Positions 7,787 to 17,513 of a stretch of 64,000 nucleotides of DNA are shown here, piece by piece. The stretch is from Deltaproteobacteria bacterium RBG_13_43_22 (lineage in GTDB: Bacteria; Desulfobacterota; RBG-13-43-22), in assembly GCA_001797675.1 (NCBI GenBank), contig MGQB01000001.1, positions 137,968-201,967 of the forward strand. Reading direction: 5' to 3'. The notes beneath the pieces are model-generated. The model did no database searches, had not been told where the DNA came from, and was given only the letters and a program-made list of their open reading frames with translations. A program made the position numbers and the translations under genes. Positions within the stretch are counted from its first letter, which is position 1. Each line of letters begins with the position of its first letter.

Positions 7787-10366
7787 ATGGAGAAAAAATT
7801 CCTGTTCTGGTGTTTGCTGACGATTTCAGCCATGGTTCCTTTATCTTTGTTCTTCACGGGGCCTATGGATATGGCCAGGAATATAGACGGCCCAGGCCAA
7901 GTAATGCTCACAGGCAAGTCGATACATCTGGATACTTCTCTGATACCGGGGTGGTGGACCCGGTTTGATCTCATTCTCAGACATGAATCGATTCATGGTC
8001 TTGGAGATCTTAGGGCGGAAGTCCAACCCAAGAAAACCGGAGAAAGGCCGATCCGGTACAATAAAGAAAAAACCATATTCCGGCTCCAAACCAATACAAG
8101 TCCTCCCCCCGGAGTGACCATATTCAACCCCACCAATCAAGCCCTGGTTATCCAAAAATACAGCCTACGTAATTATTCAGCCATAAATACAGGCACTCCA
8201 CGTCTGGCAATTCTTCTTACCCCCTATCCGGTTCCGCCACTCCCTGTGCGGACTTCGATACTCTTAACTTTGATCGTCTCCTTTTTACCTATACCGGGAT
8301 TGATCCTTTTTTGGTATCGGGGTGTTCGACGCCTAAATCAATGGCAGCTATGGGTACCCATATTTTTCCCCTGGATCATAATGATTTTAGCCGGAGCACT
8401 ACTCCTGGGAAGTAGACACCTTTTACTTTCCTGGGAAACATTATTAATCACCTGTCTTCCCGGTTACCTGTTGTTGGCCCTGACCAGTCGGCTCTTTCAA
8501 GAAAAACTTTTCGTGCCTATGATAGTTTCTTTAATTGTAGTGAATTTTGGTATCCTGATCGGAACGACCTTGGGCGTAGGGCTTCCTTTGAATCTATTTG
8601 TTTTAGGATTGATTTACCAACCTCAATTTATCATTACTGCTGAATATGCCGGGATGGCTTATCTTTTTCTGGCCTTTTTGCTTTATTGGAAAAGAAAAGA
8701 TTGGTTTTCCCCAAACAAGCATTTATTTCGATCATCAATTTTGCTCATCTTTTTACCATGTTTGATTATTTACCTTGCCAATGGTTATTCCATTTGGGGT
8801 GGGGACACTACCTATAATAGCCTGCTTCCATGGCGAATAATTCAAGGGGAAGGCTTTTCTTTCTCAAAAGAGTATGTCATCCAGCACGGGAGTTGGGGCC
8901 TAATTCAGGTAGGCGATTATTTTGCCCCAGTTTTTCCAATTGGCCCGGCCTTTTTGGGTATACCTACGACTTTAATTAATTATTTATTAACCCCGACCCC
9001 GATGTTTAGTGCTATAGGTTGGAACCAGAAAGTTACAGCTGTCTGGGTGACCGCCCTGTCGGCCGCAATCATGTTTCAATTGATTTATCTAGTAAGTCGG
9101 AAACGATGGCTAAGCCTACTTTTGGCATCAGGGTTTGCTTTCGGCACAACTCAGATTACAATATCTGCCGCCGCTTTATGGCAGCACGGCCCGGCGGTTC
9201 TTCTTATCTGCGTGGGTATCTTTTTTCTGGTTAGAGGTCAACAAGGAGATCCTCGGTTTTTTCCATTGGCAGCCTTACCACTGGCATTCCTTCCCGTTAT
9301 GCGTACCCAAACGGTGTTATTCTATCTGGCAGGTTTGGCCTCTGTTGCCCTCCTCCAGCCCAAAATGATTTTACGTTTTTTTTTATGGTCCCTTCCAGGA
9401 ATTAGTTTAACCCTGTGGGTCAACCTGGGACTTTATCATTCCCTCCTGGGGGGTTACGGATATCAGGCATCCGGAAATGATTTTGCTACCCCACTACTCG
9501 AAGGAGTAATGGGTTCCCTTTTTTCCCCCAACCGAGGGCTTCTGGTCTTTTCTCCCTTTCTGATCTTGGGGATTATAGGAGGGGGAATATTATGGGTCAA
9601 ACGTTCGGTTATAGCCATTTCCTTCGGCCTGGCCGCTGTGCTCTTTTTTCTGGTCCATGCCAAATATGGGCATTGGCATGGGGGCTATTGTGTGGCCCCG
9701 CGCTTTGCCAGTGAAGTGGTCCCCATCCTCGTTTTTTTCAGTATTTATTGGTTCGTCGAATTCAAAAAGCCTTGGACACGACTGGTCGGTTGGACACTTA
9801 CTTTCATCTCTATAGCTATCACCCTCCCCGGTTTTTTTTTCATACATGAACAGGGGCAATGGAATGTCTTTCCCGATGTGGACTATTACCGTAATGAAAG
9901 AATCTGGGATTATTGTGATTGGCTGCCGATTCACTTCAGGCACTACTTTGGTCTGGTGCATTTTAAAGAAACACCCGCCTATCCCTTTGTGATTATCGGT
10001 TCCCCTGAACCCTTAAAATCAAAGATGCACCATTACCGAGTAAAAGTGAACTTGGAAAAAACACCTTTAGAGGTCGTCAAGTTGACCAATATTCCTTTAA
10101 AAAAAGGCAGTTATCAGATCGTGTTCAAAGGAGATGCTGAAAATTCGACTAAGGCAATTGCCGATTTCATCATTGGATTCACTGGCCATAAAATTGAAGA
10201 AAGGTCCCTTCCGATCGAAAAAAAACCATCCTTCACCTTAAGCCATATTATTAAGGTCGAAAAACCAGTTTCGGTTGATGTCCGCCTGAAGGTCTCCGGC
10301 CAGGGGGCCCTTATTTTTGACACAATACAGATTTTTCCCAAAACCATACGATCAAAGGGTCAATAA
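7787..10366 (+). CDS. Large polytopic membrane protein (possible GT-C fold) with C-terminal beta-rich module
   Basis: 859-aa ORF with many hydrophobic helices between aa ~150 and 690. The soluble C-terminal ~130 aa (KKGSYQIVFKGDAEN...VDVRLKVSGQGALIFDTIQIF) resembles the modules in the ORFs at 1791 and 22027. No diagnostic catalytic motif recognised. Confidence 0.5.
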   Translation: MEKKFLFWCLLTISAMVPLSLFFTGPMDMARNIDGPGQVMLTGKSIHLDTSLIPGWWTRFDLILRHESIHGLGDLRAEVQPKKTGERPIRYNKEKTIFRLQTNTSPPPGVTIFNPTNQALVIQKYSLRNYSAINTGTPRLAILLTPYPVPPLPVRTSILLTLIVSFLPIPGLILFWYRGVRRLNQWQLWVPIFFPWIIMILAGALLLGSRHLLLSWETLLITCLPGYLLLALTSRLFQEKLFVPMIVSLIVVNFGILIGTTLGVGLPLNLFVLGLIYQPQFIITAEYAGMAYLFLAFLLYWKRKDWFSPNKHLFRSSILLIFLPCLIIYLANGYSIWGGDTTYNSLLPWRIIQGEGFSFSKEYVIQHGSWGLIQVGDYFAPVFPIGPAFLGIPTTLINYLLTPTPMFSAIGWNQKVTAVWVTALSAAIMFQLIYLVSRKRWLSLLLASGFAFGTTQITISAAALWQHGPAVLLICVGIFFLVRGQQGDPRFFPLAALPLAFLPVMRTQTVLFYLAGLASVALLQPKMILRFFLWSLPGISLTLWVNLGLYHSLLGGYGYQASGNDFATPLLEGVMGSLFSPNRGLLVFSPFLILGIIGGGILWVKRSVIAISFGLAAVLFFLVHAKYGHWHGGYCVAPRFASEVVPILVFFSIYWFVEFKKPWTRLVGWTLTFISIAITLPGFFFIHEQGQWNVFPDVDYYRNERIWDYCDWLPIHFRHYFGLVHFKETPAYPFVIIGSPEPLKSKMHHYRVKVNLEKTPLEVVKLTNIPLKKGSYQIVFKGDAENSTKAIADFIIGFTGHKIEERSLPIEKKPSFTLSHIIKVEKPVSVDVRLKVSGQGALIFDTIQIFPKTIRSKGQ

Positions 10367-10412
10367 TTTTTTCGTAAAGCTTATCAAAGAGTTTTAAATT
10401 TTCTCTCTCCAT

Positions 10413-13298
10413 ATGATAAAGTTGAAGATCATTCAAAAACCTCATTTTCTGCTTGATCTCCTCAGGTCCTTATTTTATAATTCTTTACGCAAAGACTCTT
10501 CAGGGAATATCTCTTTCTCCCCTCATAAGGCCAAAATGAATTGGCAGACCGTAACTTTTTTCAATTATTTCAAATTTAGTAAAGAGGAATGGATAAAGGA
10601 TCTATCTTCTCATCTTTTCCTGGCACTCTTGGTCATTTTTAAGTTCTGGGACTATTTAAATCCCTATGGTGAGTTCTATTGGGCGGGCGACTTTCTTGAA
10701 GTCACCCCGATGCGGGACTATTTTTACCACAACTTAAAGAAAGGAATCCTGATCCTTTGGGATAGCCATATTGCCACCGGAATGCCTTATCTGGCTGCAG
10801 ATTATGGAGTTTTTTACCCGATAGATTTGCTTATGGGGATTCTGGGTCAAGATTATTTTGTCCCTTATCGACTCGCATTAATTCATGCTTTGCATTTTTG
10901 GTTGGGTGGTCTATTTACTTTTATCTATACCCGCCAATTAGGCCTTTCCCGTTTCCCTGCTCTGACAAGCTCCATTTGTTTTATACTGGGAGGTTTTTTG
11001 CTTGGACATGCCTATCATCGAAATGTAATACAAACCTATATCTGGTTTCCTTTAATCCTTTATTTTTTAGACAAAGCCCTTCATCACCGTAATGCCATCT
11101 GGGCTATGGTGGCTGGACTAATTCTGGCTGTATCTTTCCTGGCCGGTCATGCCAATTTTTTTTATTTTATCATCTTATTTTTAGCCTTTTATTTCCTTTT
11201 AAGGGTCTACCTGGGAATACAAGAAAAAAATTGGAGAAACATGACCGTGGACGCCTCTTATTTCATGATCATGGGTATCTTTTGCCTGGGAATCTCAGCG
11301 ATTCAACTGTTTCCTGTTGTTTTCACCAGCCTGAATACCCATCATGCATCTTTTCCTTTCGAATGGAAGGCCCAGCTTCCCTTTCCGCTTTTCAATCTGA
11401 TTCATTTCCTCATCCCGGATTATACCCAATGGGCGGCTTTTGATATTGGGGAGCAATACGGATACATAGGCGTCCTGCCCTTACTCTTTGCTATCTGGAG
11501 TATTTTTCAAATGAGAGATAAAAGGGTCATTTTTTTTGCATTGGTTGCTTTTTTTGCCTTTATCGCCTCTCTGGGTGAACTCACTCCCTTATATAAAATC
11601 CTTTATCATTTCCTTCCCGGTCTTAACCAATTCCGTATCCCGAGCCGGTTTAATGCCTTGATCATCTTTCCGCTGGCCGTTTTGGCCGGCTTCGGATTTC
11701 AATTCTTTCTCGATCAAAATAATCGTGAACAACCGACCAGAATAAAGGAATCTCTTAAGGGCTTCCTTTTTCTTTTTTTGGGATTAGGCCTTATTATCTT
11801 TTCTTATTTAGAGTTCTTTTACTTGCCTTCTCTCGAATCAACAAAACTTTCTTCCGGCCCTTGGGGATTATTACGGAAAGGTTTTTTTTGGTTTTTATTC
11901 CTCTGGGGGGCCTCCTATTGTTTGATCTCCCGAAGGAACCAAAACCGTTCCACCCTTTTATTAAAAATTTTCATGGTTGTTTTGATTAGCATCGATTTGC
12001 TCTTCTTGGGCCGAATTGAAGGCGGCGGATCACCAACCGATCCGGCCCTTATTTCTCCTCAGGCCCAAACAATCATCAAGGAGATAAAAAAAGGGGCCTC
12101 TCCTTTCAGGATCAGCAATCGAGAAAAACAATTATCTCCGTTGTCTTTATCCCGGGAAGGTATCTCCGATTATGACGCAGATAACTGGGTGGGTTATATT
12201 GGGACGATTGTTCCTCAAGAATATCTGGGGATCTATTTTCTCATTAACAAAAACCCTGCGCTGCTGGATCTTATAAATGTGAGGTATTACATCGGTTCCA
12301 AGCTAAAAATGAATACCGGGCCGAAGGAATTCAAGATCGGGGGGACCGGTGAGGATAAGGAATTTTTCCTGAACTATCCGATAAAAATATCCAGTCTGAT
12401 TTTATATACTTCCTTAGCGAATTCCACCTCTATCCCTCAAGGGCAAACCGTCGCCAGGATTCATTTTCAAAAAAAGGACGGCTCCATCCGACCAATATCT
12501 ATTCGAGCCGGCATAGAAACGGCAGAGTGGGCCATTGACCGCCCCGGTTTGCGGTGTTTTCATCAAAAAGCCCAGGTTGCCGAATCCTGGGAGATCTCCC
12601 ATGAAGGCTACCAGGGGCATGCTTATATTTTTAAAACGACCTTCTCAGTCCCGATAGAGATTTCAAAAATCCGCTTTGAATACCTCGGCGATCAAGGGAG
12701 CCTGATAATTAAAAAAATGTTAATTAATAATTTGGAGATCGATGCAATATACCCGGAGATAATAAAAGAACGGTTTCAATGGATCGCCCCGAATATTTAT
12801 AATAATAAATTTTGCCTTCCAAGAATTTTTATGATCAGCAGGGCCAAAGTCATTCCCGAAGAAAAAGTATTGTTGAAAAACCTGGAACAGTTGGATCCCC
12901 GGGATCATGTTTTATTGAACCACTTGCCTCCGGACTATCTTGAACCGGTGGATTCCGGTTTTTCAACCCAGGAAGCTGAAATAAATCATTATTCTTCCGG
13001 CAAGATAAAAATTACCACAAAGGCCAGGGTCGATAAATTTTTAATCCTTAGTGATACTTATAGCCCTTATTGGAAAGCTATGATTGATCAAAGAGTCATG
13101 CCCATCTTAAAAGCCGATTACGGCCTCAGAGGCCTATATGTGCCCAGGGGAAATCATCAAGTAGAATTTTCGTTCCATTTCTACCCATTTTATTACGGGT
13201 TGGCCATTAGCTGTTTCAGCCTATTGATGCTCATTATTACTTTCTGTGGCCTATTTATCCGAAACCGGATCCGCCATGAAAAACCTTCTTGTGATTAA
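10413..13298 (+). CDS. YfhO-like polytopic membrane protein (GT-C family candidate)
   Basis: 961 aa. It has a multi-helix N-terminal half, a large extracytoplasmic domain and a final C-terminal helix. The ending YSPYWKAMIDQRVMPILKADYGLRGLYVPRGNHQVEFSFHFYPFYYGLAISCFSLLMLI matches the YfhO-family C-terminus as I remember it. Confidence 0.6.
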   Translation: MIKLKIIQKPHFLLDLLRSLFYNSLRKDSSGNISFSPHKAKMNWQTVTFFNYFKFSKEEWIKDLSSHLFLALLVIFKFWDYLNPYGEFYWAGDFLEVTPMRDYFYHNLKKGILILWDSHIATGMPYLAADYGVFYPIDLLMGILGQDYFVPYRLALIHALHFWLGGLFTFIYTRQLGLSRFPALTSSICFILGGFLLGHAYHRNVIQTYIWFPLILYFLDKALHHRNAIWAMVAGLILAVSFLAGHANFFYFIILFLAFYFLLRVYLGIQEKNWRNMTVDASYFMIMGIFCLGISAIQLFPVVFTSLNTHHASFPFEWKAQLPFPLFNLIHFLIPDYTQWAAFDIGEQYGYIGVLPLLFAIWSIFQMRDKRVIFFALVAFFAFIASLGELTPLYKILYHFLPGLNQFRIPSRFNALIIFPLAVLAGFGFQFFLDQNNREQPTRIKESLKGFLFLFLGLGLIIFSYLEFFYLPSLESTKLSSGPWGLLRKGFFWFLFLWGASYCLISRRNQNRSTLLLKIFMVVLISIDLLFLGRIEGGGSPTDPALISPQAQTIIKEIKKGASPFRISNREKQLSPLSLSREGISDYDADNWVGYIGTIVPQEYLGIYFLINKNPALLDLINVRYYIGSKLKMNTGPKEFKIGGTGEDKEFFLNYPIKISSLILYTSLANSTSIPQGQTVARIHFQKKDGSIRPISIRAGIETAEWAIDRPGLRCFHQKAQVAESWEISHEGYQGHAYIFKTTFSVPIEISKIRFEYLGDQGSLIIKKMLINNLEIDAIYPEIIKERFQWIAPNIYNNKFCLPRIFMISRAKVIPEEKVLLKNLEQLDPRDHVLLNHLPPDYLEPVDSGFSTQEAEINHYSSGKIKITTKARVDKFLILSDTYSPYWKAMIDQRVMPILKADYGLRGLYVPRGNHQVEFSFHFYPFYYGLAISCFSLLMLIITFCGLFIRNRIRHEKPSCD

Positions 13299-13519
13299 AA
13301 GGGGGGAATATTTGATTGACCAAATTGAATAAATATGTCAATGGACACCTTATTGTGGTTTATCAGGAGGGGTTAAGACTTATCATAGGGGACTCTTGGA
13401 GAGTGAAATAGTATCCACCTCCTTCCCCTCCATATCAAAATGAAATGGTGCGCAGGAGAAGGAACTTCGAGGAATATTTATTTCTCTAAGAACTGAATCA
13501 TTCTTAAGGAATTACCATC

Positions 13520-14131
13520 ATGAGCATTAATCCAAACAGGGAACTGGATGACATTCTCCGATTTTACGGAAAGAAGAATACTTTTTGGAATAGGATACAG
13601 TTTCGTTTTCTCTACCTTTTCCGCTTCATCCTGGCCAGACTGACGTTTTTCTGTCCGATTGTCGGTTTAAGAGTTCTCTTAACCCGCTGGCGTGGCGTTT
13701 GTATCGGTAAAGATGTTTACCTTGGTCATAACATTGATTTTGATTATGTGTTTCCATCTAAGATTACCATTGGAGATCATTCCGGTATAGGAAGTGGTTG
13801 TTCAATTTCCGCCCATCACAGTATCCCCATGAACACACCCCTGGCTCAACTATTTCCTCGAACGGTCAAGCCCGTCCATATCGGTCGCGGAGTAGACTGT
13901 AATCTGCATGTGATTATTCAACCAGGGGTAACCATCGGGAATTATACCGTCGTTGGCAATGGAGCGGTTGTCACCAGAGATATTCCGCCGATGACTTTTG
14001 CCGCCGGCAACCCGGCCAAACCTATTTCCGATTTAAGCGAAAAACTCCGTCCGTACATCCCGGCCGATGAATTTGAAGCCTTGCTGCAGGAACGTCGGGA
14101 GCGGTTTAACTGGCCCCCTCAAGGAAAATAA
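13520..14131 (+). CDS. Hexapeptide-repeat (left-handed beta-helix) O-/N-acetyltransferase, WcaF/WbbJ-like
   Basis: 203 aa. Hexapeptide repeats: IGDHSGIGSGCSISAHHS and IGRGVDCNLHVIIQPGVTIGNYTVVGNGAVVTRDIPPMTFAAGNPAKP. First gene of a tightly spaced operon. Confidence 0.75.
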   Translation: MSINPNRELDDILRFYGKKNTFWNRIQFRFLYLFRFILARLTFFCPIVGLRVLLTRWRGVCIGKDVYLGHNIDFDYVFPSKITIGDHSGIGSGCSISAHHSIPMNTPLAQLFPRTVKPVHIGRGVDCNLHVIIQPGVTIGNYTVVGNGAVVTRDIPPMTFAAGNPAKPISDLSEKLRPYIPADEFEALLQERRERFNWPPQGK

Positions 14132-14133
14132 TC

Positions 14134-15465
14134 ATGAAAAAACCTTATTCGGGCATCATTTGGAATCCGATTGAGCTTTTTTCTCATCAAGAATTGACTT
14201 CGGAGATGATTCCGGAGTTATTGGTTCATCAGTTGAACCGAGCAAAAATAGGTTCCCCTTTTTATAGAAAAAAATTGGTCGACTTAAAGATTCCGGACAA
14301 ACGAACTATTCTGGATTTATATGCGACTCTCCCCTTTACCGACAAATCGGAATTACTTGCCGATCAACAACAATTTCCCCCTTTCGGCAGCAACCTTCCC
14401 GTCCGGGAATCAAAGATACAAAGGATCAACAGGACCTCAGGCACAACCAGTGAACCCTTATTGTTAATTCTTACCTCAAAAGACGTCATGAACACCTATG
14501 AATGCGGCGCACGCTGTTTTTATGCCTCCGGTTTACGCCGCCATCATACGGTCATCCATTGCATGAACTATTGCATGTGGGCCGGAGGGTATACCGACCA
14601 TGGGAGCTTGGAGCATCTCGGCGCTGCGGTAATCCCCTTTGGTGTGGGAAATTCAAGATTGCTCATTGAAACCATCCTTCGGATTCGTCCCCAGGCCCTG
14701 CACGCCACACCGTCCTATCTGACCAAACTGCAGGAGGTGCTTAACCAGGATTTTGGCCTAGCACCGATCGAGTTGGGCCTGCAACTCGGCCTTTTTGGAG
14801 GAGAAGCCGGAATCCAGGATTCTAACTTTAGGCGGCAGATTGAAAAAATCTGGGGGTTTAAAGCCATGAATGCGAATTATGGAAGTGCGGAGGTTCTAAG
14901 CATGTTCGGCGCCGAATGTCATGAACGGGCCGGCCTTCACTTTATGGGCCAGGGGGTCCTCTATCCAACCTTGATCGACATGACCAGTGCAAAAGATATC
15001 CCTATTACCTCAGGGGCGGTGGGAGAATTGGTTTTGACTAATCTTGTCAAGCAGGCCCAGCCGCTTATTCGTTATCGAACCCATGATCTTATTGAAATCC
15101 TTTCTACAGACCGGTGTCTCTGCGGGCGGGGTAGTTTTCGATTTAAAGTAATTGGCCGCAACGATGATATGATAATTATTAAAGGTATTAATGTCTTTCC
15201 CACAGGCATTCAAAAAATAATCAATGAAAACCTTGACTATCTGAACGGCCAATATGTTATACTGATCAATAAAATCGACCCCATTGATCGGTTTGTGGTC
15301 CGTGCGGAGGTTCGTCCTGAAATGTCGGAGCCAAGGGACTTCAGGTCCAAGCTGCAATCGGCCTTTGTGGCCCATCTGGCCGTTCGCCCGGAAATCGAAC
15401 TGATTGCCGAAGGAACTTTGCCCAGGACGGAAAACAAGACCAAACGCCTACAAAGAATCCTTTAA
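14134..15465 (+). CDS. PaaK/CapK-family adenylate-forming ligase (phenylacetate-CoA ligase-like)
   Basis: 443 aa. Motifs: NRTSGTTSEPLL (P-loop-like AMP motif), NYGSAEV, IRYRTHDL and GRNDDMIIIKGINVFPTGIQ. Starts 2 nt after the upstream stop. Confidence 0.8.
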   Translation: MKKPYSGIIWNPIELFSHQELTSEMIPELLVHQLNRAKIGSPFYRKKLVDLKIPDKRTILDLYATLPFTDKSELLADQQQFPPFGSNLPVRESKIQRINRTSGTTSEPLLLILTSKDVMNTYECGARCFYASGLRRHHTVIHCMNYCMWAGGYTDHGSLEHLGAAVIPFGVGNSRLLIETILRIRPQALHATPSYLTKLQEVLNQDFGLAPIELGLQLGLFGGEAGIQDSNFRRQIEKIWGFKAMNANYGSAEVLSMFGAECHERAGLHFMGQGVLYPTLIDMTSAKDIPITSGAVGELVLTNLVKQAQPLIRYRTHDLIEILSTDRCLCGRGSFRFKVIGRNDDMIIIKGINVFPTGIQKIINENLDYLNGQYVILINKIDPIDRFVVRAEVRPEMSEPRDFRSKLQSAFVAHLAVRPEIELIAEGTLPRTENKTKRLQRIL

Positions 15466-15474
15466 GGAAATACC

Positions 15475-16371
15475 ATGGACGAAATACGAGAACAGGAAGT
15501 TTATGTTTCAGAGATAGCCCAATTTCTAAATTCCAGTTTCAAGGGGGAAGATTTTATCATCAAAAAACCGGCAACGATTGATGATCTGTCTGATCATGCT
15601 ATGATCTACCTTGAAGCCATGAATCCTGAGGTGCAGGCTAAAATCGATAAACATCAGGCGGTCCTGATTATTGCCGACAGCCTATTCCCTGTTAAAAACG
15701 GGGCTGTCCTTGCAACCGATCGTCCCAAGCTGTCTTTTGTCCGGGTTTTAAGGGAATTTTTTATTGAGCAAAACCTGCCCGTTATCCATAAAACCGCCAT
15801 AGTATCGCCGCAGGCCTCCATTGGAACTAACGTGACCATTGGTGAATATTGTCTCATCGGTTCACAGGCCGTCATTGACAACGGGAGTGAGATTTTGTCC
15901 GGCGTTGTAATCGCCGGCAAGGCTAAAATCGGGAAAAACTGCTTAATTAAAGACCGGGCGGTAATCGGAAGCGAGGGATACGGATTTGTATTTGACGAAA
16001 ATAACAAACCGATACATTTCCCGCAGTTCGGACAGATCATTATCGGTGATGCGGTTTGGATCGGATCCAATACCACCATTGAGCGGTCGGCTTTCAAGGA
16101 TACCATAATCGAGGATAATGTCAAAATCGATGACTTGGTCCACATTGGAAACGGATGCCGGATTGAGAAAAACACTATGATAACAGCCGGTACGATCATC
16201 AGTGAAAATGTTCATATTGGTTCCAACTGCTGGATCATGCCCAACGTATCCATAAGGAACAATATTGCGATAGGTTCTAATGTAACGGTGGGCATGGGCA
16301 GCGTAGTAGTGAATGATCTGCAATCCCCCGGGGTTTACATCGGGAATCCGGCACATTGGATAAAAAAATAA
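15475..16371 (+). CDS. LpxD-like left-handed beta-helix N-acyltransferase (atypical, short)
   Basis: 298 aa. LpxD-like core GSEGYGFVFDENNKPIHFPQFGQIIIGDAVWIGSNTTIERSAFKDTIIEDNVKIDDLVHIGNGCRI. Ends at ...PGVYIGNPAHWIKK without the C-terminal helical extension of E. coli LpxD. No lpxA, fabZ or lpxB neighbours. Confidence 0.65.
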   Translation: MDEIREQEVYVSEIAQFLNSSFKGEDFIIKKPATIDDLSDHAMIYLEAMNPEVQAKIDKHQAVLIIADSLFPVKNGAVLATDRPKLSFVRVLREFFIEQNLPVIHKTAIVSPQASIGTNVTIGEYCLIGSQAVIDNGSEILSGVVIAGKAKIGKNCLIKDRAVIGSEGYGFVFDENNKPIHFPQFGQIIIGDAVWIGSNTTIERSAFKDTIIEDNVKIDDLVHIGNGCRIEKNTMITAGTIISENVHIGSNCWIMPNVSIRNNIAIGSNVTVGMGSVVVNDLQSPGVYIGNPAHWIKK

Positions 16372-16394
16372 AGATCAATCAACAACGAGAGATT

Positions 16395-17504
16395 ATGAAT
16401 ACCCCCATCAAACCCATTCCTTTCAAAGAATTGGTATCCCCTTTCATCAAAAGAAAGTTGGATGAACTGCGAAGTCAATATGGGGAGAATTCTTCCCACT
16501 ATCTCGGTTTGGCCAGACAATATCTGCAAGTCCCTCTTGAAAACATTGTCTATCAAGATGAACGGGACAGGCATTATGATGCCCATACGGATTTTGTGGT
16601 TGACGATAAACCCATACCCGGTCTCGAACGCCTTTATCGTCGGGGGTTGGTCATTGAACCGACCATGATCTGCGCGGCCCACTGCCGGTATTGTCTGCGG
16701 GCCAATTATAAAACGCCTTACACGCTGTCCGAAGAAGAGCTCTTGGGAGTAGCCAAATTTTGTGGGTCCCAAGAACGAAAAGCCGTCCTTCATGAAGTTC
16801 TGATTACCGGGGGAGACCCCTTAATTATTCCCAATCGTCTGGCCTTTCTGGTTGACGCCCTGGTTGAATTCGCGCCCAACATCAAAATCATGCGAATTGC
16901 CACTCGGCTTCCCCAACAAGCCCCGAGCCGAATCACCAATACAGTCTATAGAATTTTTCAGAAACGGGAAGGCGTTCGATTTGAATTAGCCACACAGATC
17001 AATCATCCGGTGGAACTGTCTTTCCCGGAAACCGTTGATATTATTAAGACCTTCCGGAATATGGGCGTGGTGATCTACAGCCAAAATGTTTTATTGAAAG
17101 AGGTGAATGACGACCTTCCCGTGCTCATTGATCTTTACGATGCCATAAGAGATTTAGGTATTGAAGCCCATTATCTTTTTCATTGTATCCCCTTGCGGGG
17201 CATGAGTCATATGAGAACCTCCGTGGAAAAAGGACTCCGGTTGACCAATGCCTTAGTCAACAGCGGCCATATTTCAGGACGGGCCAAACCGATGTTTGCC
17301 GCCATGACCGATATCGGCAAAATTACCTTTTATGAAAATACAATCCTCCAAAAAGACCCGACCCACAACTCCCTTTTATTGCAAAGTCAATATTTAGATA
17401 AGGAAAGAAAGACCTGGAATCCTTCTTGGGTTTTGCCTTCCTCGGCGGAAGTGGATGAAAACGGGCGCTTGCGGATCTGGTACCTGGACGGCAGGGATGA
17501 TTAA
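16395..17504 (+). CDS. KamA-family radical SAM/PLP aminomutase (lysine 2,3-aminomutase-like)
   Basis: The ORF track opens at a TTG at 16356, overlapping the upstream gene. I prefer the ATG at 16395 (MNTPIKPIPF...). Motifs: CAAHCRYCLRANY (CxxxCxxC) and VLITGGDPL. Length and layout are typical of the KamA/EpmB/AblA family. Confidence 0.8.
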   Translation: MNTPIKPIPFKELVSPFIKRKLDELRSQYGENSSHYLGLARQYLQVPLENIVYQDERDRHYDAHTDFVVDDKPIPGLERLYRRGLVIEPTMICAAHCRYCLRANYKTPYTLSEEELLGVAKFCGSQERKAVLHEVLITGGDPLIIPNRLAFLVDALVEFAPNIKIMRIATRLPQQAPSRITNTVYRIFQKREGVRFELATQINHPVELSFPETVDIIKTFRNMGVVIYSQNVLLKEVNDDLPVLIDLYDAIRDLGIEAHYLFHCIPLRGMSHMRTSVEKGLRLTNALVNSGHISGRAKPMFAAMTDIGKITFYENTILQKDPTHNSLLLQSQYLDKERKTWNPSWVLPSSAEVDENGRLRIWYLDGRDD

Positions 17505-17513
17505 CATCTGATC

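Noticed and set aside
13520-16371. LpxD-like and acetyltransferase genes as ordinary lipid A biosynthesis
   Set aside because: No lpxA, lpxB, lpxC or fabZ is nearby. The LpxD-like protein is shorter than canonical LpxD and appears to lack the canonical His context. Its operon partners (KamA-like, PaaK-like, CE4) do not belong to the Raetz pathway.
15654-16793. Long minus-strand ORFs (181, 137 and 152 aa) inside the LpxD-like and KamA-like genes
   Set aside because: Hexapeptide-repeat genes commonly give long antisense ORFs. These have no start context or motifs and would disrupt a tightly packed plus-strand operon.
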